Origin: Eledone cirrhosa
Taxonomy: Eukaryota
Length of the DNA: 64,000 nt
Assembly: GCA_964016885.1 (NCBI GenBank)
Contig: OZ024740.1
Location: forward strand, 390,104,001-390,168,000
Reading direction: 5' to 3'
The notes beneath the pieces are model-generated. The model saw nothing but the letters and a program-made list of their open reading frames with translations, did no database searches and was not told the DNA's origin. The translations under genes and the position numbers were made by a program. Below, in pieces: positions 57,601 through 64,000 of this stretch; position 1 is the stretch's first letter; each line of letters begins with the position of its first letter.

Positions 57601-60600
57601 CATCTATAGCATACAGTGTTGGTTAATGATCTATAGCATACAGTGTTGGTTAATGATCTATAGCATACAGTGTTGGTTAATGATCTATAGCATACAGTGT
57701 TGGTTAATGATCTATAGCATACAGTGTTGGTTAATGATCTATAGCATACAGTGTTGGTTAATGATCTATAGCATACAGTGTTGGTTAATGATCTATAGCA
57801 TACAGTGTTGGTTAATGATCTATAGCATACAGTGTTGGCTAATGATCTATAGCATACAGTGTTGGTTAATGATCTATAGCATACAGTGTTGGTTAATGAT
57901 CTATAGCATACAGTGTTGGCTAATGATCTATAGCATACAGTGTTGGTTAATGATCTATAGCATACAGTGTTGGTTAATGATCTATAGCATACAGTGTTGG
58001 TTAATGATCTATAGCATACAGTGTTGGTTAATGATCTATAGCATACAGTGTTGGTTAATGATCTATAGCATACAGTGTTGGTTAATGATCTATAGCATAC
58101 AGTGTTGGTTAATGATCTATAGCATACAGTGTTGGTTAATGATCTATAGCATACAATGTTGGTTAATGATCTATAGCATACAGTGTTGGTTAATGATCTA
58201 TAGCATACAGTGTTGGTTAATGATCTATAGCATACAGTGTTGGCTAATGATCTATAGCATACAGTGTTGGTTTATGATCTATAGCATACAGTGTTGGTTA
58301 ATGATCTATAGCATACAGTGTTGGCTAATGATCTATAGCATACAGTGTTGGTTAATGATCTATAGCATACGGTGTTGGTTAATGATCTATAGCATACAGT
58401 GTTGGTTAATGATTTATAGCACACAGTGTTGGTTAATGATCTATAGCATACAGTGTTGGTTAATGATCTATAGCATACAGTGTTGGTTAATGATCTATAG
58501 CATACAGTGTTGGTTAATAATCTATAGCATACAGTGTTGGCTAATGATCTATAGCATACAGTGTTGGTTAATGATCTATAGCATACAGTGTTGGTTAATG
58601 ATCTATAGCATACAGTGTTGGTTAATGATTTATAGCACACAGTGTTGGTTAATGATCTATAGCATACAGTGTTGATTAATGATCTATAGCATACAGTGTT
58701 GGTTAATGATCTATAGCATACAGTGTTGGTTAATGATCTATAGCATACAGTGTTGGTTAATGATCTATAGCATACAGTGTTGGTTAATGATCTATAGCAT
58801 ACAGTGTTGGCTAATGATCTATAGCATACAGTGTTGGTTAATGATCTATAGCATACAGTGTTGGTTAATGATCTATAGCATACAGTGTTGGTTAATGATC
58901 TATAGCATACAGTGTTGGTTAATGATCTATAGCATACAGTGTTGGTTAATGATCTATAGCATACAGTGTTGGTTAATGATCTATAGCATACAGTGTTGGT
59001 TAATGATCTATAGCATACAGTGTTGGTTAATGATTTATAGCACACAGTGTTGGTTAATGATCTATAGCATACAGTGTTGGTTAATGATCTATAGCATACA
59101 GTGTTGGTTAATGATCTATAGCATACAGTGTTGGTTAATGATTTATAGCACACAGTGTTGGTTAATGATCTATAGCATACAGTGTTGGTTAATGATCTAT
59201 AGCATACAGTGTTGGTTAATGATCTATAGCATACAGTGTTGGTTAATGATCTATAGCATACAGTGTTGGTTAATGATCTATAGCATACAGTGTTGGTTAA
59301 TGATCTATAGCATACAGTGTTGGCTAATGATCTATAGCATACAGTGTTGGTTAATGATCTATAGCATACAGTGTTGGCTAATGATCTATAGCATACAGTG
59401 TTGGTTAATGATCTATAGCATACAGTGTTGGTTAATGATCTATAGCATACAGTGTTGGTTAATGATCTATAGCATACAGTGTTGGTTAATGATCTATAGC
59501 ATACAGTGTTGGTTAATGATCTATAGCATACAGTGTTGGCTAATGATCTATAGCATACAGTGTTGGTTAATGATCTATAGCACACAGTGTTGGTTAATGA
59601 TCTATAGCATACAGTGTTGGTTAATGATCTATAGCATACAGTGTTGGCTAATGATCTATAGCATACAGTGTTGGTTAATGATCTATAGCATACAGTGTTG
59701 GTTAATGATCTATAGCATACAGTGTTGGTTAATGATCTATAGCATACAGTGTTGGCTAATGATCTATAGCATACAGTGTTGGCTAATGATCTATAGCATA
59801 CAGTGTTGGCTAATGATCTATAGCACACAGTGTTGGTTAATGATCTATAGCATACAGTGTTGGCTAATGATCTATAGCATACAGTGTTGGCTAATGATCT
59901 ATAGCACACAGTGTTGGTTAATGATCTATAGCATACAGTGTTGGTTAATGATCTATAGCATACAGTGTTGGTTAATGATCTATAGCATACAGTGTTGGTT
60001 AATGATCTATAGCATACAGTGTTGGTTAATGATCTATAGCATACAGTGTTGGCTAATGATCTATAGCACACAGTGTTGGCTAATGATCTATAGCATACAG
60101 TGTTGATTAATGATCTATAGCATACAGTGTTGGCTAATGATTTATAGCACAGTGTTGGTTAATGATCTATAGCATACAGTGTTGGTTAATGATCTATAGC
60201 ATACAGTGTTGGTTAATGATCTATAGCATACAGTGTTGGTTAATGATCTATAGCATACAGTGTTGGTTAATGATCTATAGCATACAGTGTTGGTTAATGA
60301 TCTATAGCATACAGTGTTGGTTAATGATCTATAGCATACAGTGTTGGTTAATGATCTATAGCATACAGTGTTGGTTAATGATTTATAGCACACAGTGTTG
60401 GTTAATGATCTATAGCATACAGTGTTGGTTAATGATCTATAGCATACAGTGTTGGTTAATGATCTATAGCATACAGCGTTGGTTAATGATCTATAGCATA
60501 CAGTGTTGGCTAATGATCTATAGCATACAGTGTTGGTTAATGATCTATAGCATACAGTGTTGGTTAATGATCTATAGCATACAGTGTTGGTTAATGATTT

Positions 60601-63600
60601 ATAGCACACAGTGTTGGTTAATGATCTATAGCATACAGTGTTGGTTAATGATCTATAGCATACAGTGTTGGTTAATGATCTATAGCATACAGTGTTGGTT
60701 AATGATCTATAGCATACAGTGTTGGTTAATGATCTATAGCATACAGTGTTGGTTAATGATCTATAGCATACAGTGTTGGTTAATGATCTATAGCATACAG
60801 TGTTGGTTAATGATCTATAGCATACAGTGTTGGTTAATGATCTATAGCATACAGTGTTGGTTAATGATTTATAGCACACAGTGTTGGTTAATGATCTATA
60901 GCATACAGTGTTGGTTAATGATCTATAGCATACAGTGTTGGTTAATGATCTATAGCATACAGTGTTGGTTAATGATCTATAGCATACAGTGTTGGCTAAT
61001 GATCTATAGCATACAGTGTTGGCTAATGATCTATAGCATACAGTGTTGGTTAATGATCTATAGCATACTGTGTTGGTTAATGATCTATAGCACACACTGT
61101 TGGTTAATGATCTATAACACACAGTGTTGGCTAATGATCTATAGCATACAGTGTTGGTTAATGATCTATAGCATACAGTGTTGGTTAATGATCTATAGCA
61201 TACAGTGTTGGTTAATGATCTATAGCATACAGTGTTGGCTAATGATCTATAGCACACAGTGTTGGCTAATGATCTATAGCATACAGTGTTGATTAATGAT
61301 CTATAGCATACAGAGTTGGCTAATGATTTATAGCACAGTGTTGGTTAATGATCTATAGCATACAGTGTTGGTTAATGATCTATAGCATACAGTGTTGGTT
61401 AATGATCTATAGCATACAGTGTTGGTTAATGATTTATAGCACACAGTGTTGGTTAATGATCTATAGCATACAGTGTTGGTTAATGATCTATAGCATACAG
61501 TGTTGGTTAATGATCTATAGCATACAGTGTTGGTTAATGATCTATAGCATACAGTGTTGGCTAATGATCTATAGCATACAGTGTTGGTTAATGATCTATA
61601 GCATACAGTGTTGGTTAATGATCTATAGCATACAGTGTTGGTTAATGATTTATAGCACACAGTGTTGGTTAATGATCTATAGCATACAGTGTTGGTTAAT
61701 GATTTATAGCACACAGTGTTGGTTAATGATCTATAGCATACAGTGTTGGTTAATGATCTATAGCATACAGTGTTGGTTAATGATCTATAGCATACAGTGT
61801 TGGTTAATGATCTATAGCATACAGTGTTGGTTAATGATCTATAGCATACAGTGTTGGTTAATGATCTATAGCATACAGTGTTGGTTAATGATCTATAGCA
61901 TACAGTGTTGGTTAATGATCTATAGCATACAGTGTTGGTTAATGATCTATAGCATACAGTGTTGGTTAATGATCTATAGCATACAGTGTTGGTTAATGAT
62001 CTATAGCATACAGTGTTGGCTAATGATCTATAGCATACAGTGTTGGTTAATGATCTATAGCATACAGTGTTGGCTAATGATCTATAGCATACAGTGTTGG
62101 CTAATGATCTATAGCATACAGTGTTGGTTAATGATCTATAGCATACAGTGTTGGTTAATGATCTATAGCATACAGTGTTGGTTAATGATCTATAGCATAC
62201 AGTGTTGGCTAATGATCTATAGCATACAGTGTTGGTTAATGATCTATAGCATACAGTGTTGGTTAATGATCTATAGCATACAGTGTTGGTTAATGATCTA
62301 TAGCATACAGTGTTGGCTAATGATCTATAGCATACAGTGTTGGTTAATGATCTATAGCATACAGTGTTGGTTAATGATCTATAGCATACAGTGTTGGTTA
62401 ATGATCTATAGCATACAGTGTTGGTTAATGATCTATAGCATACAGTGTTGGTTAATGATCTATAGCATACAGTGTTGGTTAATGATCTATAGCATACAGT
62501 GTTGGTTAATGATCTATAGCATACAGTGTTGGTTAATGATCTATAGCATACAGTGTTGGTTAATGATCTATAGCATACAGTGTTGGTTAATGATCTATAG
62601 CATACAGTGTTGGTTAATGATCTATAGCATACAGTGTTGGTTAATGATCTATAGCACACAGTGTTGGCTAATCATCTATAGCATACAGTGTTGGTTAATG
62701 ATCTATAGCATACAGTGTTGGTTAATGATCTATAGCATACAGTGTTGGTTAATGATCTATAGCATACAGTGTTGGTTAATGATCTATAGCATACAGTGTT
62801 GGTTAATGATCTATAGCATACAGTGTTGGTTAATGATCTATAGCATACAGTGTTGGTTAATGATCTATAGCATACAGTGTTGGTTAATGATCTATAGCAT
62901 ACAGTGTTGGCTAATGATCTATAGCATACAGTGTTGGTTAATGATCTATAGCATACAGTGTTGGTTAATGATCTATAGCATACAGTGTTGGCTAATGATC
63001 TATAGCATACAGTGTTGGTTAATGATCTATAGCATACAGTGTTGGTTAATGATCTATAGCATACAGTGTTGGTTAATGATCTATAGCATACAGTGTTGGT
63101 TAATGATCTATAGCATACAGTGTTGGTTAATGATCTATAGCATACAGTGTTGGTTAATGATCTATAGCATACAGTGTTGGTTAATGATCTATAGCATACA
63201 GTGTTGGTTAATGATCTATAGCATACAATGTTGGTTAATGATCTATAGCATACAGTGTTGGTTAATGATCTATAGCATACAGTGTTGGTTAATGATCTAT
63301 AGCATACAGTGTTGGCTAATGATCTATAGCATACAGTGTTGGTTTATGATCTATAGCATACAGTGTTGGTTAATGATCTATAGCATACAGTGTTGGCTAA
63401 TGATCTATAGCATACAGTGTTGGTTAATGATCTATAGCATACGGTGTTGGTTAATGATCTATAGCATACAGTGTTGGTTAATGATTTATAGCACACAGTG
63501 TTGGTTAATGATCTATAGCATACAGTGTTGGTTAATGATCTATAGCATACAGTGTTGGTTAATGATCTATAGCATACAGTGTTGGTTAATAATCTATAGC

Positions 63601-64000
63601 ATACAGTGTTGGCTAATGATCTATAGCATACAGTGTTGGTTAATGATCTATAGCATACAGTGTTGGTTAATGATCTATAGCATACAGTGTTGGTTAATGA
63701 TTTATAGCACACAGTGTTGGTTAATGATCTATAGCATACAGTGTTGATTAATGATCTATAGCATACAGTGTTGGTTAATGATCTATAGCATACAGTGTTG
63801 GTTAATGATCTATAGCATACAGTGTTGGTTAATGATCTATAGCATACAGTGTTGGTTAATGATCTATAGCATACAGTGTTGGTTAATGATCTATAGCATA
63901 CAGTGTTGGCTAATGATCTATAGCATACAGTGTTGGTTAATGATCTATAGCATACAGTGTTGGTTAATGATCTATAGCATACAGTGTTGGTTAATGATCT
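48617..64000. repeat. 27-bp minisatellite array, consensus GATCTATAGCATACAGTGTTGGTTAAT, ~570 units, running off the window end
   Basis: Direct reading. Variants GCACAC, GGCTAAT and GATTTAT; rare 25-bp and 29-bp units. Confidence 0.99.

Noticed and set aside
48587-63747. 3362-aa (MIYSIQCWL)n ORF and antisense (CYRSLTNTV)n ORFs
   Set aside because: A 27-bp unit is a multiple of 3 and happens to be stop-free in one frame per strand. Stops and frameshifting units occur, there are no unique domains, and the location is intronic.
48617-64000. Possible CRISPR array or telomeric repeat
   Set aside because: Head-to-tail repeats with no unique spacers, no cas genes and a eukaryotic context; the unit is not TTAGGG-like.

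Overview
AT-rich animal genomic DNA; the repeat content suggests a mollusc, probably an octopus or other cephalopod (inference). The only host gene visible is an animal type I fatty acid synthase (FASN) on the + strand, with eight GT-AG exons between 32125 and 47870 encoding the ER, KR, ACP and start of the TE domain. The first ~31 kb has no recognisable exons and is probably one giant FASN intron. It is a mosaic of long (TA)n-derived microsatellite arrays separating retroelements from several unrelated lineages: (i) two subfamilies of RTE-clade LINEs with a PHD-type C4HC3 zinc finger inserted inside the reverse transcriptase; (ii) a young Penelope-like element with an intact RT + GIY-YIG ORF, direct and inverted pseudo-LTR copies and three minimal hammerhead ribozyme motifs; (iii) a Tx1/L1 3' fragment; (iv) three copies of an unclassified ~607-bp non-coding element. 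The arrays carry their A>G-type interruptions almost only on the FASN sense strand. The FASN introns hold a decayed near-full-length CR1 LINE, a non-autonomous Helitron, MITEs and SINE relics. From ~48.6 kb to the window end runs a >15-kb 27-bp minisatellite with higher-order duplications. Most long ORFs in the supplied track are repeat artefacts.
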